This document shows, one piece after another, positions 28,130 to 38,653 of a DNA stretch of 64,000 bases. The stretch comes from a virus (lineage: Duplodnaviria > Heunggongvirae > Uroviricota > Caudoviricetes). Both the position numbers and the translations under genes were made by a program. The DNA lies in IMG/VR virus record IMGVR_UViG_3300029858_000327. One strand, written 5' to 3'. The notes below the pieces were generated by a model that searched no databases, was not told where the DNA came from, and saw only the letters and a list, made by a program, of their open reading frames with translations. Every line of letters begins with the position of its first letter. Position 1 is the stretch's first letter.

Positions 28130-28771
28130 ATGAATACATATTGCAAATTTTGTCCAAACGTATTTCTTGCTAAATGCGATGCTAAGCATGAAAAAGGTGA
28201 AACCATCCTTGTAACCACCAAATACGGCAAAGAGAATGAAAGCATAGTGTTTAATCTGATATTTGAACGTGATGGCTTCTACTATTATTCGATAGTTCGC
28301 GCTGATGGCTTTAACGTTCAAGAATGGGCAAAGCGAAAGGCAGAACGCCGGCTGGATTGGGCTGCCACTGCAGAACGAAAGAGTGAAGAATACTTCAAAG
28401 CGTCAAATAAAGACAGCGATTTTCTCTCGTTGGGTGAACCTATTAAAATCGGCCATCATAGCGAAAGACGACACAGAAAAGCCATTGAAGATGCTTGGCA
28501 TAATATGGGCAAAAGTGTAGAGTTTGACGAGAAAGCCAGAGAGCATGAAAGAATAGCTCAGTATTGGGCAAACAAGGCTGATACTATAAACCTTTCAATG
28601 CCTGAAAGCGTGGACTACTATGAACATAAGTTAGCAGCAGCTAAAGAGTACCATGAGGGGCTGAAATCCGGCAAATATCCGCGTGAGCACTCATACTCTT
28701 TGACTTATGCGAAAAAGGCCGTCAATGAAGCTCAAAAGAATTTCGACTTGGCAAAGAAACTTTGGCTATAA
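28130..28771 (+). CDS. hypothetical protein
   Basis: 213 aa. Start preceded by CGCACGATTATG. Confidence 0.45.
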   Translation: MNTYCKFCPNVFLAKCDAKHEKGETILVTTKYGKENESIVFNLIFERDGFYYYSIVRADGFNVQEWAKRKAERRLDWAATAERKSEEYFKASNKDSDFLSLGEPIKIGHHSERRHRKAIEDAWHNMGKSVEFDEKAREHERIAQYWANKADTINLSMPESVDYYEHKLAAAKEYHEGLKSGKYPREHSYSLTYAKKAVNEAQKNFDLAKKLWL

Positions 28772-28983
28772 ACCCGGTAGCCTTCGGGCTACCACTATTT
28801 AAGATGGTTATGAAAGAGAAAGAAATCCTGCAAGAAATAATCGAGTGGCTGGGTAATGATACTAGTTACCTGTCTACAAGAACAGACTATGCTAAAGGGT
28901 ATAAATCCGGTATAGAATGTGCAAAAGAAATTGTTGAAAGCATCATCAATAAACACGAGCCTGATTTATTAGCAAACAATTAG
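28762..28983 (+). CDS. hypothetical protein
   Basis: 73 aa. Confidence 0.3.
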   Translation: MAINPVAFGLPLFKMVMKEKEILQEIIEWLGNDTSYLSTRTDYAKGYKSGIECAKEIVESIINKHEPDLLANN

Positions 28984-29056
28984 CAAATTGTTTCGTATGC
29001 GTTGAATTGTTATTCAAAATTGTCTTCATAATGGGGTATCTTTGTATAGATACTAT

Positions 29057-29129
29057 CGCGGGTTAGAGCAGTGGTCAGCTCGTCACTTTGACTTGGTGAA
29101 GGCCGGTGGTTCGAATCCATCACCCGCAA
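29057..29129 (+). tRNA. tRNA, anticodon probably GAC (Val), with a C1-A72 mismatch
   Basis: D-arm GAGC-AGTGGTCA-GCTC. Anticodon stem TCACT/GGTGA with loop TTGACTT. T-arm GGTGG-TTCGAAT-CCATC. Acceptor CGCGGGT/ACCCGCA. Confidence 0.5.
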
Positions 29130-29152
29130 CTAACATTTAACTTTACACGATT

Positions 29153-29542
29153 ATGAAAGTATTGACATTACAGATTAACAAAGAATGTTTTCAAGACATT
29201 CTAAATGGCAAACAAGATGTAGAACACAGGTATGTATATCCCTCTAATGTATCACGATATGTTTATTTTAGACATGATGGCAAAGAATACAAACGACAAG
29301 AGGATATACCCGACGATGATAAAGAGATTGAAGTAATACCAATCAAATATGATGCCTTATACTTAATCAATGGCAGACGAAAAGATGCGCCACGTCTCAC
29401 TGTGGAGGTGAAATCTGCCGAGTATGTTATTTTCGCTGATGAAGAAGGCAATGATCTTACAAAAATAGAAAACGGCGTAGAATACTTGATAAGTCAAGTA
29501 TGGTATCATCTTGGCAAAGTAATAAGTACAGAGAACATTTAA
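29153..29542 (+). CDS. hypothetical protein
   Basis: 129 aa. Start within ACACGATTATG. Confidence 0.4.
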   Translation: MKVLTLQINKECFQDILNGKQDVEHRYVYPSNVSRYVYFRHDGKEYKRQEDIPDDDKEIEVIPIKYDALYLINGRRKDAPRLTVEVKSAEYVIFADEEGNDLTKIENGVEYLISQVWYHLGKVISTENI

Positions 29543-29732
29543 TCTAAATAGTCAAAAGCTGAGTCACAAGAGCAATTAACAGAGTTGCCGGGCCAAGACG
29601 AAATATGAATGGTGCCGGTTTAGGTGGAAGACTGGTAGCAAACCGTAGAAATACGGCAAGTGCTTCACAGTTAGGTAGTAGAGAACAAAGGCGATATGAC
29701 TTAAATGTTGCCTTTAGTGGTGCAGGGGGTAA

Positions 29733-30422
29733 ATGATGAACAAATATTTACTGTCTATGCAGATAATACAGAGTATCCGTGAAAAAACTGATACTGCTGT
29801 ATTATATTATTCAGCCGGAGGTAAAGATAGTATAGCCTTATTGGACATGCTTGCTGGTATGTTTAATAAGGTTATATGCTATTATATGTACCTTATTCCC
29901 AACTTAGACCATGTCCAACCTTATATCAAATGGGCAGAAACAAAATACAATAACGTAGAAATTCGCCAAATAAAGCATTTTCAACGTGATTATTATGATG
30001 CCTGTGGATTCTTTCGTGAACCTAACATTTCAATCAAGCCAAGAAAAATTGGAGAAATAGAACAAGCTGTGAGAGAAGAAACAGGCATATCATACGCATT
30101 CAGCGGGATGAAAGGTGTAGATGGATACATGAAGCGGATGCGTTTAAAGAAATTCGCGAAGTCCAGTTATATAACAGACAAAGGTATGGTCTATCCTCTT
30201 GCATTATGGACGAACAAGGAAGTGCTTCAATATATTAGACTAAGAGGATTAATACAACCTTTTGTGTATGATCCAGGTGCTATAAGTCAAGGTTTTACCA
30301 TTGATTTAAAAACAATGCTCATGATGCGAAACAAATATCCACATGATTTTAAACGTATTTTGGAAGAGTTCCCATACTCTGAAAAGCTAATTTTCGATTA
30401 TGAATATAAACACAGAAAGTAG
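29733..30422 (+). CDS. PAPS reductase-like / PP-loop ATPase family protein
   Basis: PP-loop YSAGGKDS near the N-terminus. Confidence 0.55.
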   Translation: MMNKYLLSMQIIQSIREKTDTAVLYYSAGGKDSIALLDMLAGMFNKVICYYMYLIPNLDHVQPYIKWAETKYNNVEIRQIKHFQRDYYDACGFFREPNISIKPRKIGEIEQAVREETGISYAFSGMKGVDGYMKRMRLKKFAKSSYITDKGMVYPLALWTNKEVLQYIRLRGLIQPFVYDPGAISQGFTIDLKTMLMMRNKYPHDFKRILEEFPYSEKLIFDYEYKHRK

Positions 30423-30679
30423 AGGTATTGAGTCAGAAAAAAATCGTTATCGGAATTAGAAAGTCAAAGAATGCGTATTCTGTATCGTGCAGCTCGTCAA
30501 TATGGGCTAGGCACAAACAGACAGCATTCTGTACGTGATAGAGTCAATTCTGTTACAAGTAGATATAGAACAAATATGTTCAGATACTTTGGCTCAGACA
30601 CGATTTCTCCTGCACAAGTAAAACAAGGAGTACCAAAAAGATTTTATGTAGGATTAAAAAACGCGCAAGGTAGTAAAGG

Positions 30680-31480
30680 ATGATGACAAGAAATAAAATA
30701 ACGCAACCGGAAAGTAGGGAGATACAACGAAGTATCATAAAATTTGCCAATTATAATCCCCGTAAAATTGCCCCAGAAGCTCGAAAGAACTTGAAAGCAA
30801 ACTTAAAACGTATAGGATTATTGGGCGGTGTAGTTTGGAATGAAGTTACAGGTAATCTTGTATCAGGGCATCAGCGTATTTCGATTATGGATGAGGTGAA
30901 TAAGTATAGCTCTGACACGAAAGAAAATGACTATCTAATTCGTGTTGAAGTAGTTCACATGGATGAAAAAACCGAGAAAGAACAAAATATCTTTATGAAT
31001 AACAGAAATGTTCAAGGAGAGTTTGATTCCGATATGTTGAAAGAACTACTTGATGGCATTGATTATAATTATGCTGGGCTAAATGATTTTGACCTAAATA
31101 TGTTAGGTGTCGGTGATATTGATTTTGCTGTAAATGATGAAATTTGGAGTAAAGACAATATTCTAAACGATTCACTATACAGTATAGATGAAATAACCAA
31201 AGAAGGAGAAGAAAATAAAAACATTGATCGTTCCGGGGACTTTTATAGCGATTCAAAAGAAAATCAGATTGCACGCCACAATGAAGTACAAAAAATAAAA
31301 GACAGAATAGGACGTCAAAATAGTTTTGAGAAAGACAATGGTATGTTAAGTTATGTCGTTTTGTCTTTCAAAAGTCCTACAGAAAGAGCGAACTTCATGG
31401 AAATGTTCGGTTATGGATTTGATGAACGTTATATTGACGGAAAGGAGTTTATGGATAGGGTCGAATTTGGAATTGAGTAA
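30680..31480 (+). CDS. ParB-like nuclease domain protein
   Basis: GNLVSGHQR motif (ParB/Srx GxxR box) in the N-terminal domain. Confidence 0.5.
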   Translation: MMTRNKITQPESREIQRSIIKFANYNPRKIAPEARKNLKANLKRIGLLGGVVWNEVTGNLVSGHQRISIMDEVNKYSSDTKENDYLIRVEVVHMDEKTEKEQNIFMNNRNVQGEFDSDMLKELLDGIDYNYAGLNDFDLNMLGVGDIDFAVNDEIWSKDNILNDSLYSIDEITKEGEENKNIDRSGDFYSDSKENQIARHNEVQKIKDRIGRQNSFEKDNGMLSYVVLSFKSPTERANFMEMFGYGFDERYIDGKEFMDRVEFGIE

Positions 31481-31503
31481 TCAAAATAAACAGATACGCG
31501 CGC

Positions 31504-31908
31504 ATGGGAAAGAAGCCAGACATATCGAAATTCAGAGAGGTCCTTCATAAAACAGGTGGAAATCTCTCTAAAGTTGCTGCTGTATTCAATGTAACCCGAA
31601 AAACCGTGTATGATTGGGCCAGAGCAGACAGCCAGTTCAAAGATGCTATCACCGACGAAAGAGGTTCTCTGGTAGATGAATGCCTTGTATCTGCACGTGT
31701 ACTTGCGCTTGGTATCCCTGAGAAAGATGAAAATGGAAACTTTATCGGATGGCGTGAACGTCCAGATGGGTATATGATTCGCTATTTACTTTCCACATTA
31801 GGAAGAAAAGAAGGTTTTGGAGACCGAGAAGACGAAGATGCAGATATTCCAAAGGATATTGACCACGGAATTTCTATTGACTCATGGATTAAAGACAAAC
31901 TGAAATGA
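31504..31908 (+). CDS. terS: terminase small subunit (putative)
   Basis: N-terminal HTH (GGNLSKVAAVFNVTRKTVYDW) immediately upstream of TerL, overlapping it. Confidence 0.5.
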   Translation: MGKKPDISKFREVLHKTGGNLSKVAAVFNVTRKTVYDWARADSQFKDAITDERGSLVDECLVSARVLALGIPEKDENGNFIGWRERPDGYMIRYLLSTLGRKEGFGDREDEDADIPKDIDHGISIDSWIKDKLK

Positions 31909-33173
31909 TTGTACCCCAAGCGATATATCATCCGCTATATACCGATAGCGAGAAGTTTATCATTCTCATTACCGGTGGTCGTGGTTCGGGGAAGTCTTTC
32001 AACGCTTCTACCTTCATAGAGCGGCTGACGTTCGAGATGACTCCCACAGAGAAGATAGTCCACCAGATTCTTTATACCCGTTACACGATGGTATCTGCCG
32101 GGATGTCTATCATTCCAGAGATGATGGAAAAGATAGATTTGGATGGAACAACAAAGTATTTCAAGACCACTAAAACCGATATTGTAAACCGGATGACCGG
32201 CAGTCGTATCATGTTCCGGGGTATCAAGACTTCTTCCGGGAATCAGACGGCAAAGTTGAAATCAATTCAGGGTATCACCACCTTTGTTTGTGATGAAGCA
32301 GAGGAATGGACCAGTGAGGAAGAGTTTGACAAGATTATGCTCTCCATCCGTAAGAAGGGAATTCAGAACCGGATTATCATCATCATGAATCCATGTGACT
32401 CCAATCACTTCATCTACAAGAAATACATCGAGAATACTCATCGGCTGGTGGAGATTGACGGCGTCCAGGTACAGATTTCCACCCATCCGAATGTACTTCA
32501 TATCCATACGACTTACTTCGACAATATCGAGAACCTTTCTCCTGAGTTCCTGAGAGAAGTCAAGGAAATGAAAGAGAAGAATCCGGAGAAGTACGCTCAT
32601 GTGGTTATCGGTCGATGGGCAGACGTGGCCGAAGGTGCAGTGTTCAAGAAATGGGGTATCGTGGATGAGTTCCCCATGTGGTGCAAGAAGGTGGCTATTG
32701 GACAGGACTTTGGTTATACAAATGATCCATCGGCTTCTATTCGATGTGGCATCGTAGACAATGCGCTTTATCTGGATGAAGTGGATTATAGAACTGGATT
32801 ACTTTCTGGGGATATTATAAAGACGCTACGCCCGTGGAATTTGAGAGTGATTGCCGACAGTGCGGACCCGCGACTCATTCAGGAGATTCATAACGGAGGG
32901 ATTAAAATATACGCGGTAGAGAAAGGGCAAGGTTCTGTCAATGCCGGTATTGACAAGATGCAGGGAATGGAAATATTCATCACCAAGCGTTCTTATAACC
33001 TTCAACGGGAGTTCAGAAACTATGTATGGGCAAAGGATAAGGATGGAAACTACATCAACGAACCTGAAGACCATGATAATCATGGCATAGATGCTGCACG
33101 CTACTATGTGCTGGGAGAACTTCTCGGTAGAATTATGAAACCCAAAGACGTTTCAGGAATATTTGGACATTAA
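31905..33173 (+). CDS. terL: terminase large subunit
   Basis: Walker A ILITGGRGSGKSF. A C-terminal nuclease-like domain with acidic residues. 422 aa. Confidence 0.8.
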   Translation: MIVPQAIYHPLYTDSEKFIILITGGRGSGKSFNASTFIERLTFEMTPTEKIVHQILYTRYTMVSAGMSIIPEMMEKIDLDGTTKYFKTTKTDIVNRMTGSRIMFRGIKTSSGNQTAKLKSIQGITTFVCDEAEEWTSEEEFDKIMLSIRKKGIQNRIIIIMNPCDSNHFIYKKYIENTHRLVEIDGVQVQISTHPNVLHIHTTYFDNIENLSPEFLREVKEMKEKNPEKYAHVVIGRWADVAEGAVFKKWGIVDEFPMWCKKVAIGQDFGYTNDPSASIRCGIVDNALYLDEVDYRTGLLSGDIIKTLRPWNLRVIADSADPRLIQEIHNGGIKIYAVEKGQGSVNAGIDKMQGMEIFITKRSYNLQREFRNYVWAKDKDGNYINEPEDHDNHGIDAARYYVLGELLGRIMKPKDVSGIFGH

Positions 33174-33183
33174 ACTTTGAGAT

Positions 33184-34695
33184 ATGACTATAGAAGAAAT
33201 TTTAGCTATGCCGGAAGTAGAGAGAAAAATCTACTATCTGAAAAAAGGACGAAAAACCGAGCAACCAAACGCTCACGCTCTTTACAACGACTGGAATCCG
33301 AACAAGCACGAGATAGTGATAGATGAAGAGAAATACCCGAAAATTAAAATCACTACCCAGCCTGAGAAACGGATTACAGACCCGAAAACCGGGAAAGAAT
33401 ATGTTGAGCCGGCGGTCAGGAAAGAAGTTGACCCAAACAGGATTGCTCTTCCTATCGAGCAGGACATCGTGAACATTCAGACTGCCTTCACCGTGGGAAC
33501 AGAACCGGTCCTTGATTGCCAGCCGGATGAATCGGAGGAGAATCTTCTTTCGGCCTTGAAGCAGGTGTTCAAGAAAAACAAGTTGAAATACCAGAACAAG
33601 AAAGTAGTCCGGGCATGGCTGGCCGAGCAGGAAGTAGCCGAATACTGGTATGTGGTGAAGGATGACGGCTTCTGGGCAAAGCTCAAACGAAAGATTTCAG
33701 GAATCTTCGGCAAATCAAAACCTGAATACCGTCTGAAGAGTGCCATCTGGTCTCCGTTCCGTGGCGACAAGCTCTACCCTTTCTTCAATGACCAGGGGGA
33801 TTTGGTGGCCCTATCCCGTGAATATAAGAAAAAAGACCTGAACGATGTAGAGATTACCTGTTTCATGACCATTACCAAGGATATGGTTTACCAGTGGGAG
33901 CTAACGAGCAGCTGGTCCGACAAAGGCTCATTTGCTCATGGATTCAAGAAGATGCCAGTGATTTATATGTACCGTCCGGAAGCATACTGTGAAAAGATAA
34001 AGAGCCTCCGTGTAAGACTGGAGAAACTTCTTTCAAACTATGCAGACTGTATCGACTACCACTTCTTCCCTATTCTCATGCTATTTGGTAACGTGGAGAA
34101 CTTCTCCGGTGAGTTCAAAAACCGGGTGGTCGAGCTGACCGGCCAGGGAGCAAATGCCCAGTATCTTACCTGGTCACAGGTACCAGATACTGTCAAGTTC
34201 GAGGTGGAGACGCTGTTAAGTCAGATATACGGACTGACCAATACGCCCAGAATCTCTTTCGACTCCCTGAAGGGTACAGGAAACGCCGTTTCCGGTGTTA
34301 CCTTCGATTATGTGTTCATGTCCACACACCTGAATGTGGAGAACCTGAATGAAACCGTCGGCGAGTTCATGCAACGACGGGTAAACTTTCTTGTCTCTGC
34401 GTTGGGTTCCGTGAATTCCACCCTAGAAGAAGCCTCCGAGACTATTGATGTGGATGTGCAGATGCAGCCATATAAACTGGAGGACATCAAAGACAAGATA
34501 GACACTGCTATCAAGGCTAAGGACGGCGAAATCTGGTCGCAGCAACGGGCTATCACCTTTGTGGGGAACGTGGATGCAGTTCTGGACGAGATTGAAGCCA
34601 TCAAGGAAGAGCAGGCTGAGAAACAGAAGAACGACATTGAGAAACAGAAACAGCTTTCCTCTCTTAAAAGTTCCAGCAGCAAATCTGAAGAATAG
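33184..34695 (+). CDS. portal protein
   Basis: 503 aa, immediately after TerL. Acidic C-terminus. Confidence 0.6.
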   Translation: MTIEEILAMPEVERKIYYLKKGRKTEQPNAHALYNDWNPNKHEIVIDEEKYPKIKITTQPEKRITDPKTGKEYVEPAVRKEVDPNRIALPIEQDIVNIQTAFTVGTEPVLDCQPDESEENLLSALKQVFKKNKLKYQNKKVVRAWLAEQEVAEYWYVVKDDGFWAKLKRKISGIFGKSKPEYRLKSAIWSPFRGDKLYPFFNDQGDLVALSREYKKKDLNDVEITCFMTITKDMVYQWELTSSWSDKGSFAHGFKKMPVIYMYRPEAYCEKIKSLRVRLEKLLSNYADCIDYHFFPILMLFGNVENFSGEFKNRVVELTGQGANAQYLTWSQVPDTVKFEVETLLSQIYGLTNTPRISFDSLKGTGNAVSGVTFDYVFMSTHLNVENLNETVGEFMQRRVNFLVSALGSVNSTLEEASETIDVDVQMQPYKLEDIKDKIDTAIKAKDGEIWSQQRAITFVGNVDAVLDEIEAIKEEQAEKQKNDIEKQKQLSSLKSSSSKSEE

Positions 34696-34883
34696 AACAA
34701 TTCAGTCAGAATATTTACGGGGATAATACAAAACAGAATGATATAAATCTAAAACATTGACTATTTGAATAGCGGTATCTTTCGAGGTATCGCTATTTTC
34801 TTTATCATAGTAAAAACATGAATACTCCTTTGTAATTATTCGTTATTTTACTATATTTGCATCGTAATTAAGTCTTAAACGCT

Positions 34884-35072
34884 ATGAGCTACAAATCAGT
34901 TAAAGACGTTGTAACGCTGCTTACTGAAAATGGCTTTTGGTTCGTGAGGCAGAAAGGCAGTCACATGGTTTACACTGATGGTAGCCATGTAGTGATTGTC
35001 CCCGACCACGGCAAGAAAGGCGTTGAGAAAGGCACTTATTACAACATTCTGAGGCAAGCGGGGCTAAAATAG
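34884..35072 (+). CDS. hicA: HicA-family mRNA interferase toxin
   Basis: 62 aa. Motif GFWFVRQKGSHMVY...HGKKGVEKGTYYNILRQAG. Confidence 0.7.
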   Translation: MSYKSVKDVVTLLTENGFWFVRQKGSHMVYTDGSHVVIVPDHGKKGVEKGTYYNILRQAGLK

Positions 35073-35111
35073 CCCCCGCCTCTTTTGTTTAACGATAAAA
35101 AGGAGGTCAGT

Positions 35112-35516
35112 ATGAAAACCGTAGAAGTGATTGTAGAACATGCTGGAAATAATCTTAGTGCTTACATTGAAGGTGCTCCGGTGATAACGGTTGGCAACGA
35201 TGTGAAGGAAATCGAGAAGAACATGAAGGAAGCTGTTGAACTATACCTGGAGTCATGCAAGGAGATGAACATCGCTCCAGTGGAAATTTTGCAGGGAGAG
35301 TTCACATTGAAGTTCAAGATAGATGCTGCCACTTTCATCAACTATTACAGCAGTATCTTTACTAAAGCTGCTTTGAGCCGGATAACTGGAATTAATGAGC
35401 GTCAGTTGTGGCATTATGCGGCTGGAGTACACAAACCCCGTAAACAGCAGTTGGAGAAGATTCAGAAAGGTATTAACGCGCTGACAGAGGAACTGGCAGC
35501 TATAAATTTGTTATGA
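35112..35516 (+). CDS. hicB: HicB-family antitoxin
   Basis: A strong AAAGGAGG sits before the ATG at 35112. The N-terminal HicB-like fold is followed by a DNA-binding tail. Confidence 0.55.
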   Translation: MKTVEVIVEHAGNNLSAYIEGAPVITVGNDVKEIEKNMKEAVELYLESCKEMNIAPVEILQGEFTLKFKIDAATFINYYSSIFTKAALSRITGINERQLWHYAAGVHKPRKQQLEKIQKGINALTEELAAINLL

Positions 35517-35532
35517 TTATTAATTAAATATA

Positions 35533-35826
35533 ATGGAGGATAGTACAATGAAAGCAAAAGATGTAAATCCAAGTAATTTTAAGGTTGAGAATGTTGTATT
35601 TGAAAATGATGATTTTTCTATAGCGATAGGTATTTGGGAAAATGGGGAAAGAAGAATGGCAATGAGATGGAATGGCTATGGAGATGATCCCGGATACCCA
35701 AAATTATTTAAAAATCCAGTCTGGTTCATGGTTGATGACTCTTTAATTTTACCTTTCCTGAATGCTTTGAGGAACGTAAAAGATTCTGACAAAAAAGAAA
35801 TAGAAGCAGCTATATTGAAATTTTAA
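35533..35826 (+). CDS. hypothetical protein
   Basis: 97 aa. Confidence 0.3.
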   Translation: MEDSTMKAKDVNPSNFKVENVVFENDDFSIAIGIWENGERRMAMRWNGYGDDPGYPKLFKNPVWFMVDDSLILPFLNALRNVKDSDKKEIEAAILKF

Positions 35827-35995
35827 AAGTATAATTGAATGATGTTCCAGCGTGATTACCCTAGTAGTCACGCTTTCTTTTTGTCTAAAAACGAACATTC
35901 CCCTAATTGTTTCGTATCGTTAGCCTTAAAATTTCCCCTTCCCTTTCTCTATAAGTAAATTTACCGTATGAAATTATTAATCAAACTCATACGGT

Positions 35996-36652
35996 ATGAC
36001 AATCTTTGAACAAATCTTGGCAGGACTGCAACAGAAATTCGCTGGGGTGGACACTGCCACACTCACCCGTATCGCCACAAAGAAGGCAGAGGGTGTAACG
36101 GACGAAACGAAGGTGACCTCCATCGTTGAGGGTATCTCATTTCAGGACGTGATGCAAAACTATGGTGATTTCCGTGCAGGACAGGCGCAGACTTCCGCTG
36201 TTTCAAACTACGAGAAGAAGCATGGACTGAAAGACGGAAAACCAATCGAGAATCCGAAACCAGAACCACCGAAACCAAACGACCCTCCAAAGCCGCAGGA
36301 GACAGACATCGCAAAGATGATTGCCGATGGCATTGCCGCCGGTATCAAGCCGTTTGCCGACAAGCTGGCCAAAATGGAGGAAAATGAAGCGCAGGCGCAG
36401 CGCAATTCTCAGATTTCAGCAGTGGCGAAGAAGTACGGTATTCCCGAATTTATGCTGAAAGACCGCAACATTCCTGAGAACACGGACTTGGATACTTATT
36501 TCAAGGACATGAAGCAGGATATGTCTAACAACGGGTTTCAGTTCTCCAAAGCTCCTGAGACTGCCGAACAGAAGCAGGAGAAAGAAGCGAGTGAGTTCGC
36601 CAAAATGATTGAGGCGGACACAAAATCTATTGTCGAACAACAAAACAAGTAA
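35996..36652 (+). CDS. scaffolding-like protein (putative)
   Basis: Helical, charged, Pro-rich linker. Sits between the portal and capsid genes. Confidence 0.4.
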   Translation: MTIFEQILAGLQQKFAGVDTATLTRIATKKAEGVTDETKVTSIVEGISFQDVMQNYGDFRAGQAQTSAVSNYEKKHGLKDGKPIENPKPEPPKPNDPPKPQETDIAKMIADGIAAGIKPFADKLAKMEENEAQAQRNSQISAVAKKYGIPEFMLKDRNIPENTDLDTYFKDMKQDMSNNGFQFSKAPETAEQKQEKEASEFAKMIEADTKSIVEQQNK

Positions 36653-36655
36653 TTT

Positions 36656-37552
36656 ATGTCAGCAGGATACAAGTATTACATGGAGCCTGAACCGTCCATC
36701 GAGGAACGCTATGATGTTTCTACCGGAGTAAGACGCAGAGGGCCTTACAAGCTGGATACGACCAACCTTGTTGCTGGTTCATTTCTTCCATCCTTCACTC
36801 CCATTGCCGCCGACTTAGTAAAGAAAACCGCTCAGGTGGCCATCCGTGTAGAAGTCTATGAAAAGTTTACCACCGGTTCCAATACCACTTTGAAGATCAA
36901 GAAAAACTCTTTGGCTTATGTGGGTATGCATCTGGGTAATGGTTCTCATGGAGCTACCATCAACAGTATTGACAAATCAGACAAAGCTTTCGATAAGTTG
37001 ACACTGGCTGCCGACTTTGGCGAAACAGTGGAAGTTGGTACTGTACTCTATGAAGCTACAGCTGTAAGCGGTACTACTCCAAAGGTAGTTGCTAACTCAG
37101 CTTTGTACGGAAGAGTACAAGTAGAAGAAGGCGTTGTATTAGTTGCTCTTTTGATGCGAGCATTTGAAATTGAGCCTACCAAATTGGCTATGCCTTTCTC
37201 TGACATTGATAAGGCTAACATGCCGCATTTCCAGTTCAACGCTGCAGGCGTGCAATCCCCGGCTGGTGTTTCGTATGAACTGCCAGAAGCTTCTGATTCT
37301 GTGATGGGAGGTATTCAGTTGGGATTCTCTCAAAGCGGAAAGAAATATCCAGTAGCATTGGAAGGTGGAAAGGCGTATGTAGAAGTACCTTGGACGGACA
37401 ATAACACTACCTATCAGGCAGCTAACTCAAGTACCTTGGGATTGGTAAAGCAGGGTGCAAAAGTTGATGATGCAGCAGGTGGTGATGAGAAAGATAAAAT
37501 TAATGCTCTTCTAGCATCGTTGAGAGCAGCAGGTATAATTGCAAGCAAATAA
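36656..37552 (+). CDS. capsid-associated protein (decoration or second head protein)
   Basis: 298 aa, beta-rich. Immediately upstream of the putative major capsid gene. Confidence 0.3.
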   Translation: MSAGYKYYMEPEPSIEERYDVSTGVRRRGPYKLDTTNLVAGSFLPSFTPIAADLVKKTAQVAIRVEVYEKFTTGSNTTLKIKKNSLAYVGMHLGNGSHGATINSIDKSDKAFDKLTLAADFGETVEVGTVLYEATAVSGTTPKVVANSALYGRVQVEEGVVLVALLMRAFEIEPTKLAMPFSDIDKANMPHFQFNAAGVQSPAGVSYELPEASDSVMGGIQLGFSQSGKKYPVALEGGKAYVEVPWTDNNTTYQAANSSTLGLVKQGAKVDDAAGGDEKDKINALLASLRAAGIIASK

Positions 37553-37570
37553 AGAAAGGAGGACTAATAT

Positions 37571-38653
37571 ATGATGCTAACTATTCATACTCTGTTTAAC
37601 GACCCCAACATCGTTAACGCCGTTATTCAGCGTGTCCTTCAGACTCGTAAGGATACAATCTACTGGCAGCAGTACCTCGATTTCCGTAGAACGACTACTC
37701 GTGTGTTCAAGGACTACATCGGACAAGTTACGGGCGTGATGGCCGGTTCTATCAACTCTCGTTATGGTGAGAAGCCTATCCGTGAACGCCGGAATATCGG
37801 CTCAGGATATGGTGAAATCGCTTATCTTGGCGATGCTTACCAGATTTCCATTGACCGCTTGTCTGAGCTTCAGGACTTGATTGACAAGTTCAATGCAGCT
37901 AAACCTGCCGACCAGGTAGCAGCCATGCAGGAAATCGTGAACTTCATCTATGATGATTACCGTCAGGTACTTTTGGCAGCCCACAAGCGCATGGATATTA
38001 TTGTAGGTTCACTTCTGATGACCGGAGAAGCAACAGTCAAGAATAAGGATGACAATGCCGGAGGCGTTGACCTTCTCGACATTGAATTGCCGTTCAAGTT
38101 CATCAAGCCTGATACTGGTGCGAAGACGAACTTCATCACCTATTTGCAGCAGCAGATTAATGCTCTGAAAGCTGATTATGGAAACTTCCAGAAGATGATT
38201 ATGTCCCGAGGAACTTTCGTGAAGAATATCATCGGGTCGGCTGAGTTTGGTGACAAGTTCAAGATGCAGCTTACAGGAAATGAAATGTACCTTTCAACCG
38301 GTTTGATTACATCTCAACTGGCTTCCCAAGTGTTCACTGGCATCGGGCTTCCGGCCATTGAAATCAAGGAAGATTACGTAAAAGACCAGACCGGAAAGAA
38401 CGTGCAGATTTACGCCGACGACCGTATCACCTTGCTTCCGCAGGATAAGGTCGGTTATATGCGTTTCCACACTCCATACGAAGCAGTGGACGGCGTACCG
38501 GGACGTAACTACACCCAGGCAGACGGTGATATGCTTATTTCCGGTTACAAGGACAAGAACGGTCGTTATCTGGAATACACCGCAGAGTGGATTCCTCAGA
38601 TTACGAACCCGAATCTGATTGTGAACTTTGATTTGTCAACCATGAACGCATGA
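37571..38653 (+). CDS. major capsid protein (putative)
   Basis: 360 aa. Position after scaffold. Strong RBS AAAGGAGG upstream. Confidence 0.5.
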   Translation: MMLTIHTLFNDPNIVNAVIQRVLQTRKDTIYWQQYLDFRRTTTRVFKDYIGQVTGVMAGSINSRYGEKPIRERRNIGSGYGEIAYLGDAYQISIDRLSELQDLIDKFNAAKPADQVAAMQEIVNFIYDDYRQVLLAAHKRMDIIVGSLLMTGEATVKNKDDNAGGVDLLDIELPFKFIKPDTGAKTNFITYLQQQINALKADYGNFQKMIMSRGTFVKNIIGSAEFGDKFKMQLTGNEMYLSTGLITSQLASQVFTGIGLPAIEIKEDYVKDQTGKNVQIYADDRITLLPQDKVGYMRFHTPYEAVDGVPGRNYTQADGDMLISGYKDKNGRYLEYTAEWIPQITNPNLIVNFDLSTMNA

